Shown here: positions 16,484-28,278 of the stretch, one piece after another
Position numbering within the stretch: position 1 is the stretch's first letter
How the letters are laid out: every line of letters begins with the position of its first letter
Source: Verrucomicrobiota bacterium
GTDB taxonomy: Bacteria > Verrucomicrobiota > Verrucomicrobiia > Limisphaerales > JAGWYX01
NCBI GenBank assembly: GCA_018969165.1
Contig: JAGWYX010000001.1
Location: 1 to 29,463 of the forward strand
DNA: 29,463 nt
Direction of reading: 5' to 3'
Notes under the pieces: generated by a model
What the model was told of the DNA's origin: nothing
Seen by the model: only the letters and a program-made list of their open reading frames with translations
The model's database searches: none
Made by a program: the position numbers and the translations under genes

Positions 16484-18061
16484 ATGAAGAACCATTTCGT
16501 TCGAACCCAGCCGATAACTTCGTCCTTTGAACCCATGAATCACTCCGGCGGGGCGGCGCCGCCGCGCCGCTCGATGAGCCGTCGGCGCTTGAACTGGTTT
16601 CGGGCGGTGGCGCTGTGCCTGTTGGTCATTGGGGTTCACCTGCGCGCAGCGGACTTGGAAACCGAAGAGAGTCGCTACTACAAAATCATCACCCTCCCGA
16701 TCCCGCCAGGGATCCTGCTCGAGGCCGGCGCCCTGCAAATGATGCCGGACGGCAAACTGGCGGTGTCCACGCGCATTGGCGACATTTACATGGTTGATAA
16801 CGTCCTCGATGACCCGCCCACGCGCGTCAAGTTCCACTTGTTCGCCAGCGGCCTGCACGAGGTGCTCGGGCTGGCTTACCGCGACGGTTGGCTCTACGCC
16901 ATCCAGCGACCCGAGGTCACGCGCATGAAGGATTTGAACGGCGACGGCCGCGCCGACCTCTTCGAGACCGTGTGCGACGACTGGAGCATCAGCGGCGATT
17001 ACCACGAATACGCCTTCATGTCCAAGTTCGACCGCCAGGGCTACCTGTGGGTGACGTTGACCTTGACCGGCTCCTTCACCAGCGAGGCGCCGTATCGCGG
17101 CTGGTGCGTCCGCGTCGCGCCGGACGGGAGCATGATCCCGACCTGCAGCGGCCTGCGCTCCCCCGGTGGCATCGGCACCAACTGCCTCGGCGACATGTTC
17201 TACACCGACAACCAGGGCACCTGGAACGGCGCCGATGCCTTGAAACCGCTGGTGCCGGGCGCCTTCGAGGGAAACCCGGAAGGCAACAAATGGTATCCCC
17301 GGGCGGAAAAATTCATGGGGCCGCGCCCGCCCGATCCGGCCAGCGGCGGTCGGTTATGGAACGAAGCCCAGCGTATCCCACAGTTGATGCTGCCGGCGGT
17401 GTATTTCCCCTACCCGATCATGGGCCAGTCCGGGAGCGGGTTCGTGTGCGATTGCTCGGCTGGCAAGTTGGGTCCGTTTGCCGGCCAGTTGCTGGTGGGC
17501 GACCAGAGCCACAGCACGGTGATGCGCGCGACCCTCGAGCGGGTCAACGGCCATTACCAGGGGGCGTGCTACATGCTCCGGAACGGGTTTGCGTCGGGCA
17601 ACCTGACACTCGAGCTGGAGCCGGACGGTTCGCTGATGGTTTATGGGACGGACCGCGGCTGGGGCGCGCGCGGCGGCCAACCGTTCGCCTTGCAGCGGAT
17701 GGTCTGGACGGGGCTGACCCCGTTCGAGGTGCGCGAGATGCGCGCCCAGCCCGACGGCTTCGAACTCGAATTCACCGAGCCGGTCGATCCGGTCACCGCC
17801 GGCAGCACCGCCTCGTACGCGATGGAAACCTACACCTACATTTACCAGAGCAGCTACGGCAGCCCCGAAGTGGACCGGACCAAGCCGGTCATCCGCCGCG
17901 CCGAGGTTTCGGCGGACCACCGGCGCGTTCACCTGGTGGTGGACGGCCTGGTCGAGGGGCACGTGCACGAGCTGCATCTGCCGGGCGTGCGCTCGGCGCA
18001 AGGGCAGCCAGTCCTGCACGACGCAGCGTATTACACGCTGAACTTTGTGCCCAAACCATAA
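16484..18061 (+). CDS. Exported beta-propeller protein (glucose/sorbosone dehydrogenase-like fold, PVC type)
   Basis: DLNGDGRAD, GLHEVLGL, DYHEYAF, SGLRSPGGIG, FYTDNQGTW, GPFAGQLLVGD repeats; starts 7 nt after the cytochrome stop. ATG 16574 (MSRRRLNW + hydrophobic stretch) is an alternative start. Confidence 0.85.
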   Translation: MKNHFVRTQPITSSFEPMNHSGGAAPPRRSMSRRRLNWFRAVALCLLVIGVHLRAADLETEESRYYKIITLPIPPGILLEAGALQMMPDGKLAVSTRIGDIYMVDNVLDDPPTRVKFHLFASGLHEVLGLAYRDGWLYAIQRPEVTRMKDLNGDGRADLFETVCDDWSISGDYHEYAFMSKFDRQGYLWVTLTLTGSFTSEAPYRGWCVRVAPDGSMIPTCSGLRSPGGIGTNCLGDMFYTDNQGTWNGADALKPLVPGAFEGNPEGNKWYPRAEKFMGPRPPDPASGGRLWNEAQRIPQLMLPAVYFPYPIMGQSGSGFVCDCSAGKLGPFAGQLLVGDQSHSTVMRATLERVNGHYQGACYMLRNGFASGNLTLELEPDGSLMVYGTDRGWGARGGQPFALQRMVWTGLTPFEVREMRAQPDGFELEFTEPVDPVTAGSTASYAMETYTYIYQSSYGSPEVDRTKPVIRRAEVSADHRRVHLVVDGLVEGHVHELHLPGVRSAQGQPVLHDAAYYTLNFVPKP

Positions 18062-18086
18062 GCCCGGCATGTCGGGCCACGATCCG

Positions 18087-18201
18087 GGTCGGGGCGCGCC
18101 GTCGCCTGATCCGTCGGCGGCGCGGCCGGAGGATGTCGCCCTACCGAAATCGGTTCATGGAAAGCCCCCTTTCGCGATCGCGCAAGAAATGGGACCATGA
18201 A
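18087..18201. repeat. Intergenic palindrome cluster (GTAG-type REP-like pair plus TTCATGG/CCATGAA element)
   Basis: GGTCGGGGCG (18087) ... CGCCCTACC (18137-18145); TTCATGG (18154-18160) ... CCATGAA (18195-18201) enclosing GAAAG/CTTTC and CGCGATCGCG palindromes. Confidence 0.55.
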
Positions 18202-18213
18202 GCAAAATGGGTC

Positions 18214-18313
18214 GGAGCTGGCGCCCCCGCGGCTTGGAGATGACGGCCCGCCACCGCTTTGCCAAGGGCGCCCCGCCAAGCGCCAGAGGACTGGCGCACT
18301 CCAAAACCTGGCG
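18214..18313 (-). repeat. Distant copy of the RAYT-associated REP family
   Basis: 18278-18313 is the reverse complement of CGCCAGGTTTTGGAGTGCGCCAGTCCTCTGGCGCTT, 2 mismatches from 23361-23396; a degenerate partner lies at 18214-18260. Confidence 0.8.
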
Positions 18314-18375
18314 ATCGTTCTGGCGGTTCCCGGAAAGCCCGCTCTTGGCACGAAACCGGAACCCTCCGGCATTGC

Positions 18376-18406
18376 TTGACTTGTGCGCCACCGCCCGGGA
18401 TACAAT
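18376..18406 (+). promoter_or_regulatory. Candidate sigma70-type promoter of the glycoside hydrolase
   Basis: TTGACT-N19-TACAAT; good boxes but a long spacer. Confidence 0.4.
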
Positions 18407-18428
18407 CCGGCTGACCTCGTCAAATGTT

Positions 18429-20504
18429 ATGGCTTGCAAACAGGTATTTGCGAACGCACTCCTCCCCAGCCTGCTGTGCACCCCGGCCTTCCTGCTGCTG
18501 TCCGCCGGTCGCATGCCGGCGAGTGAGTCCGCTCACGTCGCCACGGTGGACCTGGTGCCCGCGACGAGGGAAAATAATCTCTATGTCGCCAACCGCCCGC
18601 CACTGCTGCCCAGCCGCTTGATTAAACTGCCGATCGGCAATATTACCCCGCAGGGCTGGCTCCGGCACCAGCTCGAACTCGAAGCCGACGGCATGATCGG
18701 GCACCTCGAAGAAATCTCGAAGTGGTGCAAGTTCGACGGCAACGCGTGGGCCTCGCCGGACGGCCAGGGACACAGCGGCTGGGAGGAATTGCCGTACTGG
18801 CTCAAAGGTTATGGCGATCTGGGCTACGTGCTGAAGGACGGCCGGATTATCCGCGAGGCACGGAAATGGATCAACGCCGTGATCAGCAGCGGACAGCCGG
18901 ACGGCTGGTTCGGCCCGCGCTCGCTCCAAACCTCGCTCAATGGCAAACCCGATCTGTGGCCGCACATGGTCATGTGCAATGTCCTCCAGTCGTATTACGA
19001 ATTCTCGGGTGACACCCGCGCGCTCGAGCTGCTCCGCGGCTATTTCCAATGGCTGAACGCGCTGCCGGCGGATGATTTCGGGAACGGGTATTGGCCCAAG
19101 ATCCGCGCCGGCGACAGCCTCGAGACCGCTTACTGGCTGTATAACCGCACCGGCGACGGGCGGCTGCTCGAGCTCGCCAAGAGAATCCACGACCACATGG
19201 CCCGCTGGGATTCCGGCGTCATCAACTGGCACAACGTCAATGTCGCCCAGGGCTTCCGCGAGCCGGGCGTTTATTACCTCCAGGCCGGTGACCCGCGGTA
19301 CCTCCAGGACGCCGAGCGCAATTACCAGACGGTGATGGGCCTCTACGGCCAGTTCCCCGGCGGCGGCTTTGCGGGCGACGAGAATTGCCGGCCCGGCTAC
19401 ACCGGGCCGCGCCAGGGATTCGAGACCTGCGGGATTGTCGAGTTCATGCACAGCTTCGAGATGTTGACCAAAATCTCCGCCAACCCGGTCTGGGCCGATC
19501 GCTGTGAAGATCTCGCCTTCAATTCCTTTCCCGCGGCGCTGACGCCGGACCTCAAGGGCCTGCACTACCTGACCTGCGCCAACCAGGTCCAGCTCGACCG
19601 CGCCAACCACGCCCCCGATGTCCAGAATGAGGGCACCATGTTCAGTTACAGCCCGTTTGCCGTCTATCGCTGCTGCCAGCACAACGTGTCCCACGGCTGG
19701 CCTTACTACGCCGAAGCACTCTGGCTGGCCACCGCCGACCGCGGCCTGTGCGCCTCGCTCTACTCCGCCAGCGACGTGACCGCCAAGGTCGGCGACGGTG
19801 CGACGGTCCGGATCTCGGAGGCAACCGCGTATCCCTTCGGCGACACGGTGACCCTGAGGATTTCCGCCGAACAGCCGGTTGAATTCCCGCTCTATCTGCG
19901 GATGCCGCGCTGGTGCGAAACAGCGTCCCTGAAAGTCAATGGCCGGAAGCTGGCTTTCGAGGCCCGGCCGCTTGCCTACGCCAGGATCACGCGGGCCTGG
20001 AAGGACGGCGACACCGTGACCCTGCGGCTGCCGATGCGGATTACCGTGAAGCGGTGGCGGACGAATCACAACGCCGTCTCGGTGAACTACGGTCCGTTGA
20101 CCTTTTCGCTCGACATCGGTGAGCAGTGGACGCGTTACGGCAGCAACGCGGCGTGGCCGGAATGGGAGGTCTTTCCCACCACCCCCTGGAATTACGGGTT
20201 GGTGTTGAATGACCGCAAACCCGCCGGGTCATTCACCGTGACCAAGGCGCACGGGCCGCTCGCGGCCAACCCCTTCACTCCGGCTACCGCCCCCATCAGG
20301 CTGCGCGCCCAGGCCCGGCGGATTCCCGACTGGACACTCGATCGCCTGGGCGTCGTCGGCAATCTCCAGGACAGCCCCGTTCAAAGCGGCCAATCGCTCC
20401 AGACCGTGACCTTGATCCCGATGGGCGCGGCGCGCCTGCGCATCTCCGCTTTTCCAGAAATCGGTTCCGGACCGGACGCGCACGTGTGGGCGGCAGCGCC
20501 ATGA
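18429..20504 (+). CDS. Exported glycoside hydrolase, GH127/GH146-like (beta-L-arabinofuranosidase, DUF1680)
   Basis: ITPQGWL, WEELPYWLKG, HNVN, GFETCG (E-x-C) and RCCQHN (C-C) as in the Zn/Cys active site of GH127, T.YPF...V, LYLRMPRW, GPLTF; ATG 18429 follows a promoter-like motif. Confidence 0.88.
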   Translation: MACKQVFANALLPSLLCTPAFLLLSAGRMPASESAHVATVDLVPATRENNLYVANRPPLLPSRLIKLPIGNITPQGWLRHQLELEADGMIGHLEEISKWCKFDGNAWASPDGQGHSGWEELPYWLKGYGDLGYVLKDGRIIREARKWINAVISSGQPDGWFGPRSLQTSLNGKPDLWPHMVMCNVLQSYYEFSGDTRALELLRGYFQWLNALPADDFGNGYWPKIRAGDSLETAYWLYNRTGDGRLLELAKRIHDHMARWDSGVINWHNVNVAQGFREPGVYYLQAGDPRYLQDAERNYQTVMGLYGQFPGGGFAGDENCRPGYTGPRQGFETCGIVEFMHSFEMLTKISANPVWADRCEDLAFNSFPAALTPDLKGLHYLTCANQVQLDRANHAPDVQNEGTMFSYSPFAVYRCCQHNVSHGWPYYAEALWLATADRGLCASLYSASDVTAKVGDGATVRISEATAYPFGDTVTLRISAEQPVEFPLYLRMPRWCETASLKVNGRKLAFEARPLAYARITRAWKDGDTVTLRLPMRITVKRWRTNHNAVSVNYGPLTFSLDIGEQWTRYGSNAAWPEWEVFPTTPWNYGLVLNDRKPAGSFTVTKAHGPLAANPFTPATAPIRLRAQARRIPDWTLDRLGVVGNLQDSPVQSGQSLQTVTLIPMGAARLRISAFPEIGSGPDAHVWAAAP

Positions 20505-20572
20505 TTCGGCGGACGCAACCCGCGCCCGCACTTCGAGCATGCCGGTTCGGCGGCGTTGCCGGACCGGGATTC

Positions 20573-21787
20573 TCACGGCTCGACATAGACCGGAATCCCG
20601 ACGTTGACCAGTTGCAGCAGCCAGTTGGCGTTCCAGTTTGCCAGCCGGAAACAACCATGCGATTCGGTCCGGCCAACATCTTCCGGCTTCGGCGTGCCGT
20701 GAATCCCGTAGCCCGGCCGGTCCAGGCTGATCCAGGCCGTTCCCACCGGGTTGTTCGGTCCCGGGGGCAAGGCCAGCTTGCGCCCCAGCCGCCGGCCCTC
20801 TTCGGACTCCGGAAAATTTTCCGGGTCGAAGATATAGACCGGGTTCGACGCGACGGCGACCACGTGCAGCTCGCCGACGGGACGTTTCTCGACAAATCGC
20901 GCGATGCTGCACGGAAAGTGCGCGAGCAGGTTCGTGTTCGCGTCGAAGGCCTCGAGCGTCTTGCTCGACAGGTCGATCCGCAATAAAGCGGCCTTTTCCC
21001 GGATGGGCGGCGGGGCGACATTGGGCACCTGAACGCGAGTCCCGGCCAGGACGTTAGTCCAATGAATCTCCGGATTCAGACGCTGGATCAACCGCGGGTG
21101 GGACTCGGCCTTTTCGGCAATCAACTCGAGGATCGTCTCGTAATCCAGCCGGTCCTGCTCGGACTTGCCAAGCCAGGTTGGGCTGACCGGTTCGAGTCGC
21201 TCGAGGTCATTGGTTGTAATCGTGTAGTCGGTCAGCGGCGGAACGGTTAGCACCAGGCGCGCCCGGGTAGCGCCGTCCAATTCGCCAGTGGGCGAGAGGT
21301 GTTCTTGTTCCTGGAAGGCGCGGAGGGCCGAGCGCGTTTGCGAACCGAGCACGCCGTCGATCGACCCGGGCGAGAGCCCCTGGCGCGCCAATACCAACTG
21401 GGCCTCGAAGACATTGTGCGCGGGTCGAGGCACGAACGGGGCCTCGGCCGGGATGCCGCCAGGAGCGGCCGGCGCGCCGGGCGCCACCCCTGGCGGGACT
21501 TCATTGCTCGGTCCGGTAGTTGCCACGGATTTCAGCGGGACCTGTGTGCCAGCCCGGGGACCGGCAAGGTGGCGCTGCGGTGCCGCGGGTCCGGGCGGTG
21601 GCCCGGCCCCGCCAGCGCGGGGCGCACGGGACGGTGAAGTCGCTGACGGCGCGCTCGAGATCGGTCGGTGTGACGGCCACCAATGCCAACCGATAAACGC
21701 GAGCAGCGCGATGGCCAGCCCCCAGTAAAACGCGGCGCGCGTCTTCGGGCGCGGGACCAGCGGTTTGAACCGGGTGTATTGGCGCAC
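20573..21787 (-). CDS. L,D-transpeptidase (YkuD) with N-terminal membrane anchor and peptidoglycan-binding domain
   Basis: GYGIHGT...SHGCFRL catalytic motif, GPNNPVG, SPGSIDGVLGSQTRSALRAFQ (PG_binding_1-like). GTG 21787 chosen from the promoter motif TTGCGG-N17-TAAATG (21821-21793); start uncertain. Confidence 0.88.
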   Translation of the reverse strand: MRQYTRFKPLVPRPKTRAAFYWGLAIALLAFIGWHWWPSHRPISSAPSATSPSRAPRAGGAGPPPGPAAPQRHLAGPRAGTQVPLKSVATTGPSNEVPPGVAPGAPAAPGGIPAEAPFVPRPAHNVFEAQLVLARQGLSPGSIDGVLGSQTRSALRAFQEQEHLSPTGELDGATRARLVLTVPPLTDYTITTNDLERLEPVSPTWLGKSEQDRLDYETILELIAEKAESHPRLIQRLNPEIHWTNVLAGTRVQVPNVAPPPIREKAALLRIDLSSKTLEAFDANTNLLAHFPCSIARFVEKRPVGELHVVAVASNPVYIFDPENFPESEEGRRLGRKLALPPGPNNPVGTAWISLDRPGYGIHGTPKPEDVGRTESHGCFRLANWNANWLLQLVNVGIPVYVEP

Positions 21788-21916
21788 GCAGGCATTTAGC
21801 CGCACCCCGGCCGAGCCGCAACCAAAAGCTTGCAGGCGATCTCGACCCCGCTCGGCCCGAAGGCAGAACTTGACTTGCCCGAAAATAATTTCCAAGCTCC
21901 AGCAACCTAGCCAGCC

Positions 21917-23284
21917 ATGAACAACAACCCAACCTCCGTCCAACTGCCGTCCTACCTCGCCAGTTCCAAACCTAATCCGAAGGAGAACCGCGCGGCCTGG
22001 TACAAAAACACCGCCCCGACTTATGCCGGCATCTTCCTCTGGTTCGTCTTCTGGGATTCAATGGCCGCCAACGGACTTTCCATCGGCGGGCTCGGGGCCG
22101 CCCTCGCGGGCATCGTGCTGGGCGGCCTGATCTGTCATTTCCTCTTTTATCTGGTCCCCGGCCTGTTCGGGGCCCGGACCGGTCTGCCCCTTTACGTGAT
22201 TGGCACCTCGACGTTTGGCGCCGTGGGCGGTTTGTTGATGCCGGGTTTCCTGATGGGCCTGCTGCAATTCGGCTGGCTTGGTGTCAACGCCTGGGGCTCC
22301 TCGCACGCCCTGGCCGACGGCTTCCATGCACCGGGCCTCTACATCCCTCTCTGCGTGCTTTGGACCTTGGCCGCCGCCTTTGTCGGGCTCAAAGGCATCC
22401 AGTACGTCGCCAAGGTGGCGACTTATCTGCCCTTGATCCCGTTGGTGGTGCTGCTGGTGGGGTTGGTGATGTTCGGCGGCTCGGCTGCCAGTTACGCGCC
22501 GCCCCCGGCGACCGCAGGTTCAGGGGGCCCTCTCCAGGCGATGCTGCTGATGATCGCCGCCATCGTCGGCTTCTTCGCCACCGCCGGCGCCGCGGGCGTG
22601 GACATTTGCAGTAACAACCGGGACCGGAGCGACGTCAGCAAGGGCGGCATCGTCGGCATCATCATCGCCGTCGTTTTCACCGCCGGCATCTCGGTCATCG
22701 CCGTCGCCGGCGCGCGGGCCAGCGGCGTCATCGACCCGTCGGTCAACAACATGACGGTGGCCCTGTCCAAAAAGCTCTCCGCCGGCCTCTACGGGGCGGT
22801 CATGATCGGCCTGACCCTGGCCTCCTTCCCGGGGGCTTGCTTCTCATCGTTCATTGCCGCCAACAGTTTCAAAACCGTCATGCCCAAGGTGAACCCGCTT
22901 CTGTCCGTCGGGATCGGCGCCATCGTGAGCATGATCCTGGCGATCACCAACGCCGCCGGGGTGCTGCCAAGCGTCTTTGGCCTCATCGGCGCCTCTTTCG
23001 GACCCATCTGCGGCGCCATGCTGGTGGACTACCTCGTCTCCGGTGGCAAGTGGACCGGCCCCCGCGCCGGGTTTAATCCGGCCGGCTGGATTTCCTGGGC
23101 CCTGGGCTTCGTCGTCGGCATCCTCCCGAACGGACTCCTGCCCGCCTCGGTCCGCGTGGAGGTGCCGTGCGCACCCGTCGCCGCCTTCATCGTGGGCGCG
23201 GTCGTTTATTTCCTGTGCGCCAAAGCGGGCGTGCAATCCGCCGTCGTCCCCGTCTCCGGCGCGTTGGCCGAGGCCACGAAGTAA
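21917..23284 (+). CDS. NCS1 family (cytosine/purine permease, CodB-like) transporter
   Basis: About 12 hydrophobic helices, GARTGLPLYVIGTSTFGAVG, QFGWLGVN, FGPICGAMLVDY, GFNPAG; 455 aa. Confidence 0.88.
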   Translation: MNNNPTSVQLPSYLASSKPNPKENRAAWYKNTAPTYAGIFLWFVFWDSMAANGLSIGGLGAALAGIVLGGLICHFLFYLVPGLFGARTGLPLYVIGTSTFGAVGGLLMPGFLMGLLQFGWLGVNAWGSSHALADGFHAPGLYIPLCVLWTLAAAFVGLKGIQYVAKVATYLPLIPLVVLLVGLVMFGGSAASYAPPPATAGSGGPLQAMLLMIAAIVGFFATAGAAGVDICSNNRDRSDVSKGGIVGIIIAVVFTAGISVIAVAGARASGVIDPSVNNMTVALSKKLSAGLYGAVMIGLTLASFPGACFSSFIAANSFKTVMPKVNPLLSVGIGAIVSMILAITNAAGVLPSVFGLIGASFGPICGAMLVDYLVSGGKWTGPRAGFNPAGWISWALGFVVGILPNGLLPASVRVEVPCAPVAAFIVGAVVYFLCAKAGVQSAVVPVSGALAEATK

Positions 23285-23298
23285 TCGCCCCTGAGGCA

Positions 23299-23401
23299 AA
23301 AGCGGCAGGGGACCGCCGCGCTCCAAGACGCTGCGCGTCTTCCCAGGCCCGAGCCGCGGGCGCCAGCTTTTGGACTGCGCCAGTCCTCTGGCGCTTTTCC
23401 C
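23299..23401. repeat. REP doublet (REPIN-like) at the 3' side of the RAYT
   Basis: AAAGCGGCAGGGGACCGCCGCGCTCC (23299-23324) and GGACTGCGCCAGTCCTCTGGCGCTTT (23372-23397) in inverted arrangement. Confidence 0.9.
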
Positions 23402-23411
23402 TTCCGCTCCC

Positions 23412-23981
23412 TCACCACTCCGGCGCCACTTCAAAATCATCGCTCACCTGCAGACGATCCACCTTGAATCGGTAGATGGATTTCACAATCGCCGACGATG
23501 ACTCGCGTTCGAACCAGGCGGCCGAACACCAGGGATATTGATTGGCTCCGGGCACCAGCCCGTGTTTCACCGCGTTCTGATGCACGTAGTTCAATCTCGC
23601 CAGATAGGACTTCTGATAGGTCAAACGCGTCTCCCGAAAGTTAAACCAGACCTTCCGGCCCGGCGTGGCATCGAGGCGGTTGACCCATTCGCCGGTTTTG
23701 ACGTGCAGCACACTGAGCATGTCGGGGAGGTTCGAGGCATCCGGGGCATTTCCGGGGGAATGGGCGACGAAGTGGTAGTGATTCGAGAAGACTGCCCAGG
23801 CTTCAAATTCCCAGCCGAAATCCCGTGCCACGGTGAGCAGGCCGCGGTGCAACACGCGTAGGCGTTCTCTGCCTCGGAAGTGGTGTGCTTTGCGATACGT
23901 GCTGGCTGTGACGAACTAAGTGCCGCGCTCGCTGAGTTGGTGCGTCGGGGCGTGTGGCCAGGGCGTGCTCGGCTCAGGCAT
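23412..23981 (-). pseudogene. REP-associated tyrosine transposase (RAYT, Y1/HUH family) with in-frame TAG at codon 22
   Basis: MPEPSTPWPHAPTHQLSERGT*FVTASTYRK...NHYHFV (HUH)...YVHQNAVKHGLV...YPWCSA; TAG at 23916-23918 is in frame with both halves; full frame is 189 codons plus stop. Confidence 0.88.
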
Positions 23982-24027
23982 GCCCGGATTGTGGCGTCGG
24001 GATGCAAGCAAGGCGAGCCGGAATTGA

Positions 24028-24316
24028 AAAGCGGCAGGGGACTGCCGCAGTCCAAGACGCTTCGCGTTTTGCCGGGCGCGAGCTGCGGGCGCCAGCTTTT
24101 GGACTGCGCCAGTCCCCTGGCGCTTTTCCCTGTCTCCCGCGCGCCGGATCCGAAAGCGGCAGGGGACTGCCGCACTCCACGACGCTTCGCGTTTTACCGG
24201 GCGCGAGTCGCGGGCGCCAGCTTTTGGACTGGGCCAGTCCCCTGGCGCTTTTCCCCTCTTCCCGGGCGCTGGATCCGAAAGCGGCAGGGGACTGCCGCAC
24301 TCCATGACGCTTCGCG
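24028..24316. repeat. Tandem REP array (BIME/REPIN-like), 125-bp period, about 2.3 units, 5 REP monomers
   Basis: Units start at 24028, 24153, 24278 (AAAGCGGCAGGGGACTGCCGCA[G/C]TCC); inverted partners at 24101-24126 and 24226-24251. Confidence 0.93.
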
Positions 24317-24365
24317 AACAACCGGCCTGCCTCCACAGCAGCCGTCCGATTCCGGGTGGCCAGGT

Positions 24366-28016
<3,651 letters not shown>

Positions 28017-28022
28017 GGCCGC

Positions 28023-28052
28023 AATTTAATGTCCGCCGCCGAGTCCGCGCAA
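28023..28052 (-). promoter_or_regulatory. Candidate leaderless promoter of dnaE
   Basis: TTGCGC-N18-TAAATT-N6-ATG; no Shine-Dalgarno before the ATG. Confidence 0.5.
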
Positions 28053-28236
28053 GCCGGGGATGTTCACCGCCGCGCGCCAATCCTTGCGCTTGCGCGGGTG
28101 CCCCACCGTCGATTTGAACCGAACCTCCACCCAACGAACACCCAACGAAGGTCTCCGCGAGGGCGGCCATGAGGCGAGTGAGGCAAGCTCATCTCTTCCG
28201 CGAACCGAGCAATTCCAATGCGACGCAAATTTCCTT

Positions 28237-28265
28237 TTGAACCGACCGCGAGCTTCCGTTACGGT
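28237..28265 (+). promoter_or_regulatory. Sigma70-type promoter of the discoidin-domain gene
   Basis: TTGAAC-N17-TACGGT, 13 nt before ATG 28279. Confidence 0.5.
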
Positions 28266-28278
28266 TTTTGCGAGCGCG

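Noticed and set aside
14302-20069. Long minus-strand ORFs (14302-15288, 15340-16536, 17354-18070, 18420-20069)
   Set aside because: All are antisense to well-supported cytochrome, propeller and GH127 genes and lack recognisable motifs.
20537-20560. Hairpin between the convergent GH127 and transpeptidase genes as a terminator
   Set aside because: Short imperfect stem with no U-tract on either strand; too weak to call.
23916-23918. Genome-wide TAG reassignment or pyrrolysine as the reason for the RAYT stop
   Set aside because: dnaE terminates at TAG (24366-24368), no other in-frame TAG was seen in conserved genes, and no pyl genes are in the window.
24028-24316. Regular repeats as a possible CRISPR array
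   Set aside because: Intervening segments are near-identical rather than unique spacers, units are inverted doublets, no cas genes are present and a RAYT explains them.
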